Positions 1 to 9,256 of a stretch of DNA of 64,000 nucleotides are shown here, one piece after another. Source of the DNA: an uncultured Mycoplasmatota bacterium (GTDB taxonomy: Bacteria; Bacillota_I; Bacilli_A; RF39; UBA660); contig CAMSCJ010000007.1 in NCBI GenBank assembly GCA_947056845.1, positions 6,685-70,684 of the forward strand. Reading direction: 5' to 3'. Numbering within the stretch: position 1 is the stretch's first letter; every line of letters begins with the position of its first letter. The position numbers and the translations under genes were made by a program. The notes under the pieces are model-generated. The model had not been told where the DNA came from, made no database searches, and saw only the letters and a list, made by a program, of their open reading frames with translations.

Positions 1-600
1 CAGTCTATATCTACACCACGTTTTAAAGCTAAGTATCCAGCAACTGGTGAATCTATCCCGCCACTTAACATTAAAAGTCCTTTGCCTTGAATCCCAACAG
101 GATATCCACCAGAACCTTTAACTTCATCAATATAGATATTCGTTCCTTCTGGTCTAATTTCGATATTAACTGTTAAATCGGGATTATGAACGTCAACTCT
201 ACATTCGATATTTTTTAAGACAAAACCACCAAAAATATTATTTAATTCCATTGTATGAATTGGAAAATTTTTATCTGCCCTTTTAGCATTTATTTTAAAA
301 GTTTTAAAATCTTTATCTTTTAAAATATCTAATACTTGCTTTTCAATGTCATTAATATTATTATCTACTTGATAACAAATAACTATACCATGAATACCAA
401 AAACTCGTTTCAATTTTAAAACAATTTCTTCTAAATTATCATGTGCTTGAATATACATCCGAACCCTGTCTTTTTTTATTTCTATGTTAGTATCTTTCAA
501 AATATTTTTAATATTTTTCTCTAACATATTAATGAATACTTTACGATTGGCTTTTTTAGTTGTTAGTTCTCCATATTTTATTAAAATTAATTTATTCATA
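1..600 (-). CDS. thiI: tRNA 4-thiouridine synthase ThiI (partial; C-terminus lies beyond window start)
   Basis: Minus-strand ATG at 598-600. Translation MNKLILIKYGELTTKKANRKVF... has a THUMP-like N-terminus and the PP-loop SGGIDSPVAGYLALKRG. Confidence 0.85.
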
Positions 601-689
601 ATACACCTCATATTCATAATTATACCAATATTATTTAAAAAGAAAAAGATTAAAAGTTAAAACTCTTAATCCTCTAGATAGTAAATAAA

Positions 690-1103
690 TCATTTATCTA
701 ATTTTTTTAGCTTTAATTTTCCATTTGTTTCATTATTAGATTCTAATTGTATATTTCTATTATAAAGAATACTTAATTTTGTTTTAAGCTTATTGATTTC
801 ATTTTTACAATTAACTTTTTTAATAATGGACATAATAATATCAAGAAAATCTTTAATAGTTATAAAAGAACCAGACATAAACATAATTCCACTTGTTATT
901 AAAGTTACGCCTGCACTAATATTATTAATATCATCAATTTTGCTAGCAAAAGCTATAGGAACTGAACATAAAATAATACCCATCCCAAATATAATTTTAG
1001 TAATGTTTTCCTTTATTACTTCACAAGTTTCAATATCTAACTTTTCATATTTCTCTAACTTTTTAACATAATATTCTTTTGAATATTCACTATTACTAAC
1101 CAT
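690..1103 (-). CDS. hypothetical small membrane protein
   Basis: 137-aa ORF with two hydrophobic segments. A TTGACA-17-TATAGT promoter lies upstream on the minus strand (about 1120-1160). Confidence 0.5.
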   Translation of the reverse strand: MVSNSEYSKEYYVKKLEKYEKLDIETCEVIKENITKIIFGMGIILCSVPIAFASKIDDINNISAGVTLITSGIMFMSGSFITIKDFLDIIMSIIKKVNCKNEINKLKTKLSILYNRNIQLESNNETNGKLKLKKLDK

Positions 1104-1211
1104 AATATTCCCTCTTTATAAATTATTTATACTATAACAGCAAACTCAACTATTGTCAAATTTTTATAATAATATTATTAATTATAATATACAAAAAAGA
1201 CTTAAAGTCTT

Positions 1212-1460
1212 TTAAAAATTTGAATTTAAGTTTTCTTTTGTTTCCTTAATAAAAAGTGGTAATAATTTTTGTATAAGCTCTTTATCTTCAACTTCAATTA
1301 AAGAATTTTTATCTTTATTTTCAACTAAAAATTTGATATTAGCTAAATTTTCTATTTCCGTTAAGTAATAATAAGCATTATTTTTGTAATTTATTTTACT
1401 AACAACAACATATCTTACATCATCACTTAGAGTAACTACATCTTTAATCTCAATATTCAT
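1212..1460 (-). CDS. DUF1292-like small protein
   Basis: 82 aa. The pattern IEIKDVVTLSDD...YYYLTEIENLANIKFLVE resembles the YqgQ/DUF1292 family common in Firmicutes. Confidence 0.45.
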   Translation of the reverse strand: MNIEIKDVVTLSDDVRYVVVSKINYKNNAYYYLTEIENLANIKFLVENKDKNSLIEVEDKELIQKLLPLFIKETKENLNSNF

Positions 1461-1525
1461 TATACGCTTCGCCCTTTTTCTCTTTATAATTATTACGATT
1501 AATATTTTTTAAAGTAATATTAAAC

Positions 1526-2068
1526 CTATTTATTGTCAAATTTTTGATGTAAATAGTTAAATAATTTATCTTGTTCTAAGGTTGAAGGAACATATTCAGG
1601 ATCTTTATTTTTATAAATTTGTTCTAGATATTCATAATAGACATATTTAATATCGGTAAGTTCTGAAATTTGTAGCTTAGTATTTTCAACATCAATATTA
1701 AGATTTACTAAATATACATCGTCAATAACATGTAACATTTTCTCTTTATAAGGTTGATATCTTCTTAAGGTGCACAAATATTCTATTTGACTGTCAATTA
1801 CAATTTGTCCTAACTCTTCTTTTAATTCTCTTTTTACAGCATCAACACTTTCTTCCCCACTTCTTACATGACCAGCTACCGAAATAGCCCACAAGTTAGG
1901 ATATGTTTCTTTTTTTGGATGTCTCTTTTGAACTAAAATTTGCTTTTCATCATTAATAATCCATACATGAACAGATCTGTGATAATCACCCATTTCATAG
2001 ACTTCTTGTTTTGTTTTAACAATTCCTGTTTTATTTCCATTTTTATCTAGTACATCGATATATTCCAT
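1526..2068 (-). CDS. NUDIX hydrolase
   Basis: Nudix box GHVRSGEESVDAVKRELKEELG. Confidence 0.8.
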   Translation of the reverse strand: MEYIDVLDKNGNKTGIVKTKQEVYEMGDYHRSVHVWIINDEKQILVQKRHPKKETYPNLWAISVAGHVRSGEESVDAVKRELKEELGQIVIDSQIEYLCTLRRYQPYKEKMLHVIDDVYLVNLNIDVENTKLQISELTDIKYVYYEYLEQIYKNKDPEYVPSTLEQDKLFNYLHQKFDNK

Positions 2069-2109
2069 TTTCTCACCTCAAGTAAAAAAAGTAATATTTA
2101 GTTACTTTT

Positions 2110-3828
2110 TTATCTTTCCATTTCGTATAAATTAGATAATTTATTATATATATCTGGTTCAACTTTATTTAAAGTTTCAATTGTTAATTCTAATGATTTT
2201 TTATAATCACCTTTATTAAACAATAATTCAGAATAAGTTAATCTTTTATCTAAATCTTCTGTATTACTACGATATCTATTTCCATACACGATTGCCATTT
2301 CAGCAAATTTTGCTGTTTTAATCATTTCTTTAGTACGCCCATAAATTTTTAAAACTAAATCACGTGCTGTATCAACGCGAGTATTTAAAACCTCAATTGT
2401 AATTGGCTTTTTAGCTAGTTCTTTCACGATTTCTTTAATTGCTGATTGGGCTTCACTTAGTTCGACAAAATATGATTTTGGAATAATTGGCAAACTATAT
2501 TGACGAAGATAATTTTTAGAGTCTTTTAAGATTAGGCGTATTTCTTCTAATTGTTGACGTGCTCTAACCTCATCTTCGCGCATACTACCTATTTGATCCA
2601 AAACGCCATCTAAACGAGTTTCTAAATTAGCTAGTCTCAAAATTAAGTTTTCAATTTCTTTCGTTAATTTAGAATAAGCAAAAGTATTATTATTAGTATG
2701 TTGAATTAAAACGTTATAATCATCATTTAAAGCATCAAAATCTTTTTTAATATTATTTAATTCTTCAATATTTTCATCTGATAAATCATATAAATTTTTT
2801 ACATCATCAATCGATGAAAATATTTCTGTTAATAATTCATTTATTTTAGATAATTTATTTTGTAGTTTATCATTTGCTTCATCATATACATTTTTTGTTA
2901 CTTTTTCTTTTTCAAAATCATTAAATAAATTTTCAAAATAATCATGAAGAACTTTTAATTCTAAAAGACTATCCTCTAAATCTAATTTTTCAGCTCTAGC
3001 TAAAATATCATCAATTTTTTTATAAGCTTCATCTATATTATATTCAACATTTAAATAGTCAAGAGGAAATCCTTTACTAGATAATTGTTTATATGTCTCA
3101 CCAATTTCAACAATTTTTTTAGGCAAAATACTTGTTGCTAATAAAATTACTGAAGGCATTTCTGATACAATAACCTCCATGTGTTTTAGCATATCACTAA
3201 TAGTCTTAACTAATTCGCTAACCTCTGTATAATCATTATTTTCCATAATAAGTTCAAATTTTTCAAAACTTTTAGCAATAATTTCAAATTGTTTAAAAAC
3301 AATTTTTTCATAATCGCCATAACTTTCTTTTTCATTAGTAAATTTTTGATATATTTCGCGATATTTAGCCTTTAATTTTGTAATTATAGCGCGATTTTTT
3401 TCCTCACTATTGGTTATATCCTTTATTTCGTTAAGAAGAAATTCCGAATTAGTTCTAACTTTATAAATTTCCATTTCTAACTTAGCAATTTTATAAAGTG
3501 TGGCTTTATAATCCATTTGTGAAAGAGAATACTCAGCCTCAATAATCATATCAGTAATCTTAGGAATTTGATTATTCTTTATATTTTCAAGACGTTCCTT
3601 CCAGTCATTATACATGACTTCCATCTTCTCGCTTTTTAAGTAAGATTCCACTTTGGAAAGTTCTGGTATAATTGGCGTACTATCCAAAACATTTTTTTGA
3701 ACCTCTAGATTATTTATTAATTTCTTCATCTTTTTGTTCTTAGAACTTTGTATTACGTTAAGGACAACGACAATAAGGATTATAGCTACGACAACTAATG
3801 TAATGATTGTTAAAGCTACACCATCCAT
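2110..3828 (-). CDS. ezrA: septation ring formation regulator EzrA
   Basis: 572 aa with an N-terminal TM helix, long coiled coils and a C-terminal GNRYR (QNR-like) patch. Position between thiI and rpsD matches Bacillus. Confidence 0.8.
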   Translation of the reverse strand: MDGVALTIITLVVVAIILIVVVLNVIQSSKNKKMKKLINNLEVQKNVLDSTPIIPELSKVESYLKSEKMEVMYNDWKERLENIKNNQIPKITDMIIEAEYSLSQMDYKATLYKIAKLEMEIYKVRTNSEFLLNEIKDITNSEEKNRAIITKLKAKYREIYQKFTNEKESYGDYEKIVFKQFEIIAKSFEKFELIMENNDYTEVSELVKTISDMLKHMEVIVSEMPSVILLATSILPKKIVEIGETYKQLSSKGFPLDYLNVEYNIDEAYKKIDDILARAEKLDLEDSLLELKVLHDYFENLFNDFEKEKVTKNVYDEANDKLQNKLSKINELLTEIFSSIDDVKNLYDLSDENIEELNNIKKDFDALNDDYNVLIQHTNNNTFAYSKLTKEIENLILRLANLETRLDGVLDQIGSMREDEVRARQQLEEIRLILKDSKNYLRQYSLPIIPKSYFVELSEAQSAIKEIVKELAKKPITIEVLNTRVDTARDLVLKIYGRTKEMIKTAKFAEMAIVYGNRYRSNTEDLDKRLTYSELLFNKGDYKKSLELTIETLNKVEPDIYNKLSNLYEMER

Positions 3829-3938
3829 ACTACCACCTCTATTATATATAATACCATACTTTTTTGAAAATTTTGCATTTTTTTTACATTTTTTGACGAT
3901 TTTTGTAGTTTCTAAAAAATAATATTGTAGTTTTGTGC

Positions 3939-3967
3939 TTGACTAATAAGGAAAAACATAATATAAT
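3939..3967 (+). promoter_or_regulatory. sigma-A type promoter of rpsD (TTGACT 3939-3944, 17-nt spacer, TATAAT 3962-3967)
   Basis: Exact -35/-10 match with 17-nt spacing, read directly from the sequence. Confidence 0.6.
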
Positions 3968-4139
3968 ATTGATTGCGTATGCATCTAGCAGCATTATTTT
4001 GAAAATTGTAATGTGTTTATTACCAATTGGGGTTATTGTGTACCTTAGGCTGCAAAGCGAAAATATTAAAATAAACACCCTATGATTTGGCAAAATAAAA
4101 AGTTTGATGTCTAAGCATAAAATGAAAGGAGAAAAAAGT
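3968..4139 (+). promoter_or_regulatory. rpsD 5' leader (about 170 nt; candidate S4 autoregulatory leader)
   Basis: Long untranslated leader between promoter and RBS AAAGGAG (4125-4131). S4 autoregulates via its leader in Bacillus (established knowledge); structure not verified here. Confidence 0.35.
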
Positions 4140-4742
4140 ATGGCAAGATATACTGGACCTATGTATAGAAAATCAAGAAGATTTGGATTTTCTGTATTAG
4201 AAACTGGTAAAGAATTAGCTAAAAAACCTACTATTCCTGGTCAACATGGTACAGGTAGAGGGAAAAAATTATCTAACTACGGAACTCAGTTACAAGAAAA
4301 ACAAAAAGTTAAATTTATGTATGGATTAACTGAAAAACAATTTAGAAAAACATTTGAGGAAGCTGGTAAACTTAAAGGAGTTCATGGTGAAGACTTCTTA
4401 AAATTGCTAGAGAGTCGTTTAGATAATTTAGTTTATCGTATCGGTTTTTCAACAACAAGAAGAGGTGCTAGACAATTAGTTAATCACGGACATATTACAG
4501 TAAATGGAAAAAAAGTTAATATTCCTTCTTACAGATGTAAACCAGGTGATGTTATCTCTATAAAAGATAACGCTAAAGAAATGGTTATTATTAAGTCTTC
4601 ATTAGAAAGTATTAACAATCGTGTAGAATTTATAACTTATGACGATAATAAAATGGCTGGTACTTATGTAAGATATCCTGAACGTAGTGAATTAAATGCA
4701 GATATTAATGAATCATTAATTGTTGAATTCTACAATAGATAA
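4140..4742 (+). CDS. rpsD: 30S ribosomal protein S4
   Basis: MARYTGPMYRKSRRFG...; RBS AAAGGAG 8 nt upstream. The ORF-track start at 4104 lacks an RBS. Confidence 0.95.
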   Translation: MARYTGPMYRKSRRFGFSVLETGKELAKKPTIPGQHGTGRGKKLSNYGTQLQEKQKVKFMYGLTEKQFRKTFEEAGKLKGVHGEDFLKLLESRLDNLVYRIGFSTTRRGARQLVNHGHITVNGKKVNIPSYRCKPGDVISIKDNAKEMVIIKSSLESINNRVEFITYDDNKMAGTYVRYPERSELNADINESLIVEFYNR

Positions 4743-4822
4743 AATCAGAGTTTTCTGATTTTTTTCTTTTAAAATTTTAAAATATATGTTAGAATATAAT
4801 TAATGATAGGAAGTGATTAATT

Positions 4823-6040
4823 TTGAGAAAATTTTTTGGTATAATGTGCATTGTTGCTATACTAATACCCTACTTCTTTGTTCCAAATTTTAAAGTAACT
4901 GGTAAAACACTAGGAGATTTAAAAGCTGAGCTTGCTCAAAAAGAACAGGATTTAAAAAATAATCAAAATGAAAAGAATCTAACACAAGAGCAAATTGCAA
5001 CAATTAAACGAAATATTGAAGAAATTAGTAACACAATTGAAAATATCAATGAGCAAATTATTACACTTACTAATGAGATTGAGGAATTAAATAAACAAAT
5101 TGGGGAAAAAGATACAGAGATTAAAAAAATCGTCAATTTTTTGCAAATTGCTAATGGCGAAGCTGCTTATTTAGAATATACTTTTGGCGCTAAAGATTTT
5201 ACTGATTTTATTTATAGAGCCGCTGTTTCTGAACAACTAGCTAGTTATAATGACAAATTAATTGATGAATATAACAGTTTAATCAATAGTAAAGAAGATA
5301 CACAAAAAGAGCTTAGTACTGAAAAAATTAATTTAACGAATAAGCAAAAAGAATTAGGAATAGAAATAGAAAAATTAGGTAATAAAATAAATGAGTTAGA
5401 ATCAGATGCTATCTCAATCGAAGATGCGATTGAAACGCAAAAAAATATAATTGAAATGTATACTGATATTGGTTGTAAAGATAATGAAGACATCAACGAT
5501 TGTGGTAATAAGGCACTTCCTCCAGATACTGTTTTTTGGAGACCACTAAATTATGGTTATATAAGTAGTAATTATGGATATCGAACATATTGGATTAATG
5601 GTGGTTGGACTAGTGACTTCCATTCTGGAGTGGATATGGCAGCCTCTGGTGGTTCACCAATCTATGCAACAGCAAATGGTACCGTAGCAGCAATTAATTG
5701 GCAATCAAGTTGTGGTGGAAATTATGTATATATCTATCACTATGTAAATGGCAAATATTATACTAGTCTTTATATGCATATGCGTGATATTTATGTAAAC
5801 GTTAATGATGTTGTTACTAAAAATACGGTTATTGGATCAGTCGGTGGAAACCCGTATGTTGAATACTGGGATCGATGCTCAACCGGAGAGCATTTACACT
5901 TCTCAATTTTCAATGGGCGAGTTGGAAAAGACTATTATACATGGGATGCTGATTATTATGCAAATCGTTTTGATCCAAGATATGCAGTTAACTTCCCAGC
6001 TTTAGAAAGTAGTTTTTATGATAGAACTACTAGATACTAA
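4823..6040 (+). CDS. coiled-coil M23 (LytM) family peptidoglycan endopeptidase
   Basis: N-terminal signal/TM, a long coiled coil, and a C-terminal M23 domain (HSGVDMAASGGSPIYATANGTV...HLHF). TTG start, or ATG at 4844. Confidence 0.8.
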   Translation: MRKFFGIMCIVAILIPYFFVPNFKVTGKTLGDLKAELAQKEQDLKNNQNEKNLTQEQIATIKRNIEEISNTIENINEQIITLTNEIEELNKQIGEKDTEIKKIVNFLQIANGEAAYLEYTFGAKDFTDFIYRAAVSEQLASYNDKLIDEYNSLINSKEDTQKELSTEKINLTNKQKELGIEIEKLGNKINELESDAISIEDAIETQKNIIEMYTDIGCKDNEDINDCGNKALPPDTVFWRPLNYGYISSNYGYRTYWINGGWTSDFHSGVDMAASGGSPIYATANGTVAAINWQSSCGGNYVYIYHYVNGKYYTSLYMHMRDIYVNVNDVVTKNTVIGSVGGNPYVEYWDRCSTGEHLHFSIFNGRVGKDYYTWDADYYANRFDPRYAVNFPALESSFYDRTTRY

Positions 6041-6131
6041 TATATTTTAAACAGAATTTATTTATATAATTCTGTTTTTTTATAACATACTTTAAACTCT
6101 ATAATTTCGCAAATAAAAGAAACTATATAGG

Positions 6132-7358
6132 TTAAATAAACATACCTATATAGTTTTTTTTCTTACCACGCCTTATGACAATAATTTCATTTTCAATAGC
6201 TATTTTTTTAGTTACCACAAAGTTCTCATCAGTAATTTTTTGTTCATTAATACTAATAGCCCCACTATTTAAAAACTCTCTCGCTTCTCTTTTACTTGTA
6301 CAAATAGAATTATTTATAAGTAAATCTAAAACATTAATATCTTCTATAATCTCAAAATGTGGCACATCTTTAAACCCAATCTTTAATTCGTCACATGATA
6401 AAGAATTTATATTGCCACTAAATAATGCTTCACTTATTTTAATAGCTTTATTGTATTCTTCTTCACCATGTAAAAATGTTATTATTTCATGAGCTAGTTT
6501 TTTATGTGCTAATCTTAAATGTGGTTCTTTTTTATTACTGTCTGCTAAGTTTTCAATCTCTTCTTTTGATAAAAAGGTAAATATTTTTAAATAATCAATA
6601 ACCATTTCATCATCAACATTAATTAAATACTGATACATTTCATAACTAGAAGTTTTATTTTTATCAAGCCACAAAGCATTACCTTCGCTTTTACCAAATT
6701 TTTTACCATCTTTAGTTGTAACTAATGGCATCGTAAATCCATAAACTTCTTTCCCTGTTTTTTTACGAATTAAATCGATACCTGCAGTAATGTTTCCCCA
6801 TTGATCAGACCCAGCCACTTGTAAGGTACAGTTTTTTTCTTCATACAAATGTAAAAAGTCCATAGCTTGCATAATCATATAAGAAAATTCTGTATAAGTA
6901 ATTCCACTATCGAGCCTTCTTCTAATAATATCCTTATCTAACATATAATTGATATTAAAATATTTGCCATAATCACGTAAAAAATCAATAAAATTAATAT
7001 CTTTAGCCCAATCATAATTATTTACAACCTCAAATCCAAAAAAATCTTCAGCTTGTTTCTTTAATCCCTCAAAATTTTTTAAGACTTCTTCTTTAGTTAT
7101 CATAGCTCTTTCTGTAGTTGGGCGAGGATCACCAATTAGTCCTGTTGCTCCCCCGATTAATAAAATAGGATTATGTCCAGCATTTTTTAATCGTTTAGAG
7201 ATTAAAAATGATGATAGATGACCAAGATGCATACTATCGGCGGTTGGATCTGTTCCTATATAAAAAGTAAGTCCACCATTATTTAATTTTTCTTTTAACT
7301 CATTACTAGAGATATCTTTAATAAGACCTCTCCAAAGCAGTTCTTCATATAAATTCAT
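6132..7358 (-). CDS. tyrS: tyrosine--tRNA ligase
   Basis: HIGH motif (TADSMHLGHL) and KMSKS-like KFGKSEG. Start MNLYEEL at 7358 with RBS AGGAGG. The ORF-track N-terminal extension was rejected. Confidence 0.95.
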   Translation of the reverse strand: MNLYEELLWRGLIKDISSNELKEKLNNGGLTFYIGTDPTADSMHLGHLSSFLISKRLKNAGHNPILLIGGATGLIGDPRPTTERAMITKEEVLKNFEGLKKQAEDFFGFEVVNNYDWAKDINFIDFLRDYGKYFNINYMLDKDIIRRRLDSGITYTEFSYMIMQAMDFLHLYEEKNCTLQVAGSDQWGNITAGIDLIRKKTGKEVYGFTMPLVTTKDGKKFGKSEGNALWLDKNKTSSYEMYQYLINVDDEMVIDYLKIFTFLSKEEIENLADSNKKEPHLRLAHKKLAHEIITFLHGEEEYNKAIKISEALFSGNINSLSCDELKIGFKDVPHFEIIEDINVLDLLINNSICTSKREAREFLNSGAISINEQKITDENFVVTKKIAIENEIIVIRRGKKKNYIGMFI

Positions 7359-7377
7359 TTTATGCCTCCTATAGCTT

Positions 7378-8064
7378 TTATTTTTCTTCATCCTCATCAT
7401 ATTGACAAGAATGGTTTTGATTAGCCTCTTTCATAATAGAAACTCCATTACTAGTACCAATTCTAGTAGCACCAGCTTCAATAAATTTGCAAGCATTTTC
7501 AAATGTTTTAATTCCGCCACTTGCTTTAATTTCTAAAAAATCCATTTTATGCTCATTCATTAATGATACATCCTCTATCTGGGCACCAGAGGTTCCAAAC
7601 CCAGTTGATGTTTTAATGAAGTTAACAAAAGTTTGATTACAAATTTCTGTCATTTTTACGATTTCTTCCTTTGTTAAATAGCAAGTCTCAATAATAATCT
7701 TTAAGGTTTTACCTTCAATAGAATCCCTAATAGTTTCAATTTCTTCTTTAATATAATCATAGTTTCCGTCCTTAATAGCAGCAATATTAATAACCATATC
7801 AATTTCATCAGCGCCTTCTTGGACGGCGTTTATGGCCTCAAATTCTTTAGCTGAAATAGTATTTTGTCCTAATGGAAAACCTATTACGGTACAAACAGAT
7901 ATATTAGTCCTAATTAACAATTCATGCGCTAGGCTAACATAATAAGGGTTAACACATACTGAAGCAAATTGATGTTGAATCGCTTCATCACATAACTTTT
8001 CGATGTCTTTTTTTGTAGCATAAGCTTTTAAATTGGTATGATCGATATATTTATTTATTTCCAT
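7378..8064 (-). CDS. deoC: deoxyribose-phosphate aldolase
   Basis: DeoC family, MEINKYIDHTNLKAYATKKDIEKLCDEA... with the Schiff-base Lys region. RBS AGGAGG. Confidence 0.9.
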   Translation of the reverse strand: MEINKYIDHTNLKAYATKKDIEKLCDEAIQHQFASVCVNPYYVSLAHELLIRTNISVCTVIGFPLGQNTISAKEFEAINAVQEGADEIDMVINIAAIKDGNYDYIKEEIETIRDSIEGKTLKIIIETCYLTKEEIVKMTEICNQTFVNFIKTSTGFGTSGAQIEDVSLMNEHKMDFLEIKASGGIKTFENACKFIEAGATRIGTSNGVSIMKEANQNHSCQYDEDEEK

Positions 8065-8065
8065 A

Positions 8066-8255
8066 TTTATTCCTCCTAAAATAAAAAATCCTCATGATTG
8101 TAAGGACGAAATAACTCGCGGTACCACCTTACTTCATAAAGATTTATGCACTTAAACTTTTAACGCAAGTAAACGATTTGGCTCAAAAATATGTAATTCA
8201 TTATTTAATATCAACTAATTTTCACCAACCATTAGTTCTCTAATTTTTTTATTAA
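8066..8255 (-). promoter_or_regulatory. T-box riboswitch leader (Tyr specifier candidate UAC) upstream of deoC-tyrS
   Basis: Minus strand carries the T-box sequence AAGUAAGGUGGUACCGCGAG (plus 8115-8130), an AGAGA box near the 5' end, and an intrinsic terminator (UCCUUA/UGAGGA stem plus U8 at plus 8081-8106). AAUUACAUA is a candidate specifier. Confidence 0.75.
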
Positions 8256-8259
8256 ATAA

Positions 8260-8445
8260 CTACTTTTTATTTTGTCGTTGCCATTCTTCATTTAAAATTT
8301 CGGAAAAAGATTTACCTTCACATGTCTTAATGTCTTCCCTATGATGGTCATATCTTTTTATTAATTTTTTTGCCTTTTCATCACGGTGAAATCTTTTTGC
8401 CTTATCAATATCAATTATTGGATCAACCTTTCTATTAACAGGCAT
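8260..8445 (-). CDS. small basic hypothetical protein (61 aa)
   Basis: Start MPVNRK at 8445 with strong RBS AGGAGG + 8 nt. Lies downstream of the XRE regulator on the same strand. Confidence 0.45.
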   Translation of the reverse strand: MPVNRKVDPIIDIDKAKRFHRDEKAKKLIKRYDHHREDIKTCEGKSFSEILNEEWQRQNKK

Positions 8446-8521
8446 TTTATTCAACCTCCTATTAAATATAACACATAATAGATTACTAGTCAATTAATTA
8501 TATTAAATATCTTTGATCTTA

Positions 8522-8893
8522 TTAATTAATTCGACGTTCCATTAATTCAACAGTTCTACTTAAATCAGAACATAGTTTGTTATATAATTTAGGATATTTT
8601 TTTATCTCTTTAATTATTGCTAAATCAGCCTTTGACATCTTTAATACTCTTGATTTCTTTTTAGAATATTGTGTTTCTTCTTCACAAACAACGTCAACAT
8701 CCCTACCTAAAATATAATTAGGTTCCATATTTAAAATGTCAATTAACTTTAAAAACGTCTCCATTGTTGGGGTTCTAGTTCCATTTTCATAACCACATAC
8801 CGAAACTTTAGTAACACCTAGTAACTCACCTAATTGTTGTTGCGACATATCTCTTTTTAATCTTTCATCTTTTATTCTACTACCTACTACCAT
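8522..8893 (-). CDS. XRE-family HTH transcriptional regulator (cI-like, 123 aa)
   Basis: HTH_XRE motif LKRDMSQQQLGELLGVTKVSVCGYENG. Start MVVGSRIK chosen from RBS GGAGGG. Divergent from a Cro-like gene. Confidence 0.75.
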   Translation of the reverse strand: MVVGSRIKDERLKRDMSQQQLGELLGVTKVSVCGYENGTRTPTMETFLKLIDILNMEPNYILGRDVDVVCEEETQYSKKKSRVLKMSKADLAIIKEIKKYPKLYNKLCSDLSRTVELMERRIN

Positions 8894-8956
8894 AAAGCCC
8901 TCCATTATCCATTTGTTAACACAATTATAACAACTAATGGTGGAAATTAAAACAAA

Positions 8957-9003
8957 ATTAATCAATAGTTAATTTTTGTCTTGAAATTAATCAAAAGTTA
9001 ACG
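8957..9003. promoter_or_regulatory. two copies of an 18-bp palindromic operator AATTAATCAAwAGTTAAy between divergent XRE genes
   Basis: Copy 1 at 8957-8974 and copy 2 at 8986-9003. Copy 2 fills the spacer of the plus-strand promoter. Confidence 0.45.
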
Positions 9004-9009
9004 TATAAT
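8981..9009 (+). promoter_or_regulatory. promoter of the Cro-like gene (TTGAAA 8981-8986, 17 nt, TATAAT 9004-9009)
   Basis: Consensus-like boxes read directly. A divergent extended -10 (TGTTATAAT) for the minus-strand gene sits near 8925-8935. Confidence 0.5.
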
Positions 9010-9029
9010 TAATTTAGGATGGTGATAGC

Positions 9030-9242
9030 TTGGAAGAATTAAAAAAGATTAGGGTTCGAAATAAATATAGTTTTAATTATATGGCTCAAGAATTAAATAT
9101 AAGTAAAACATATTATTGGCAACTAGAGCATAATCAAAGAAGAATTTCTTATGAGATGGCTTTTAAAATTGCTAAAATATTTAGAAAAAAACCCGACGAT
9201 ATTTTTTATCAAGAATTTTGTGATAAATTAGAAAAAGAGTAA
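9030..9242 (+). CDS. Cro-like XRE-family HTH protein (70 aa)
   Basis: HTH motif NYMAQELNISKTYYWQLEHNQRR. Confidence 0.7.
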   Translation: MEELKKIRVRNKYSFNYMAQELNISKTYYWQLEHNQRRISYEMAFKIAKIFRKKPDDIFYQEFCDKLEKE

Positions 9243-9256
9243 TTTTAAAATTACTC

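Noticed and set aside
793-1071. 92-aa plus-strand ORF antisense to the 690-1103 gene
   Set aside because: Entirely within a better-supported minus-strand ORF. Low-complexity I/L/F-rich translation typical of antisense frames in AT-rich DNA. No RBS.
3734-4093. ORFs 3734-3922 (+) and 3884-4093 (-) around the ezrA start and rpsD leader
   Set aside because: They overlap the rpsD promoter and leader and the ezrA 5' end. Hydrophobic junk translations, no RBS.
5245-6005. Internal antisense or alternate-frame ORFs (5245-5496, 5805-6005) inside the M23 peptidase gene
   Set aside because: Embedded in a gene with clear domain motifs. No independent signals.
6175-6492. 105-aa ORF antisense to tyrS
   Set aside because: Inside tyrS. 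Low-complexity translation.
6132-7400. N-terminal extensions in the ORF track for tyrS, rpmI, murF, murC, nusA, dnaB, ylxR, infB and rimP
   Set aside because: In each case a downstream ATG is preceded by a canonical AGGAGG/GGAGG at 5-9 nt and matches the conserved protein N-terminus. The longer ORFs lack an RBS.
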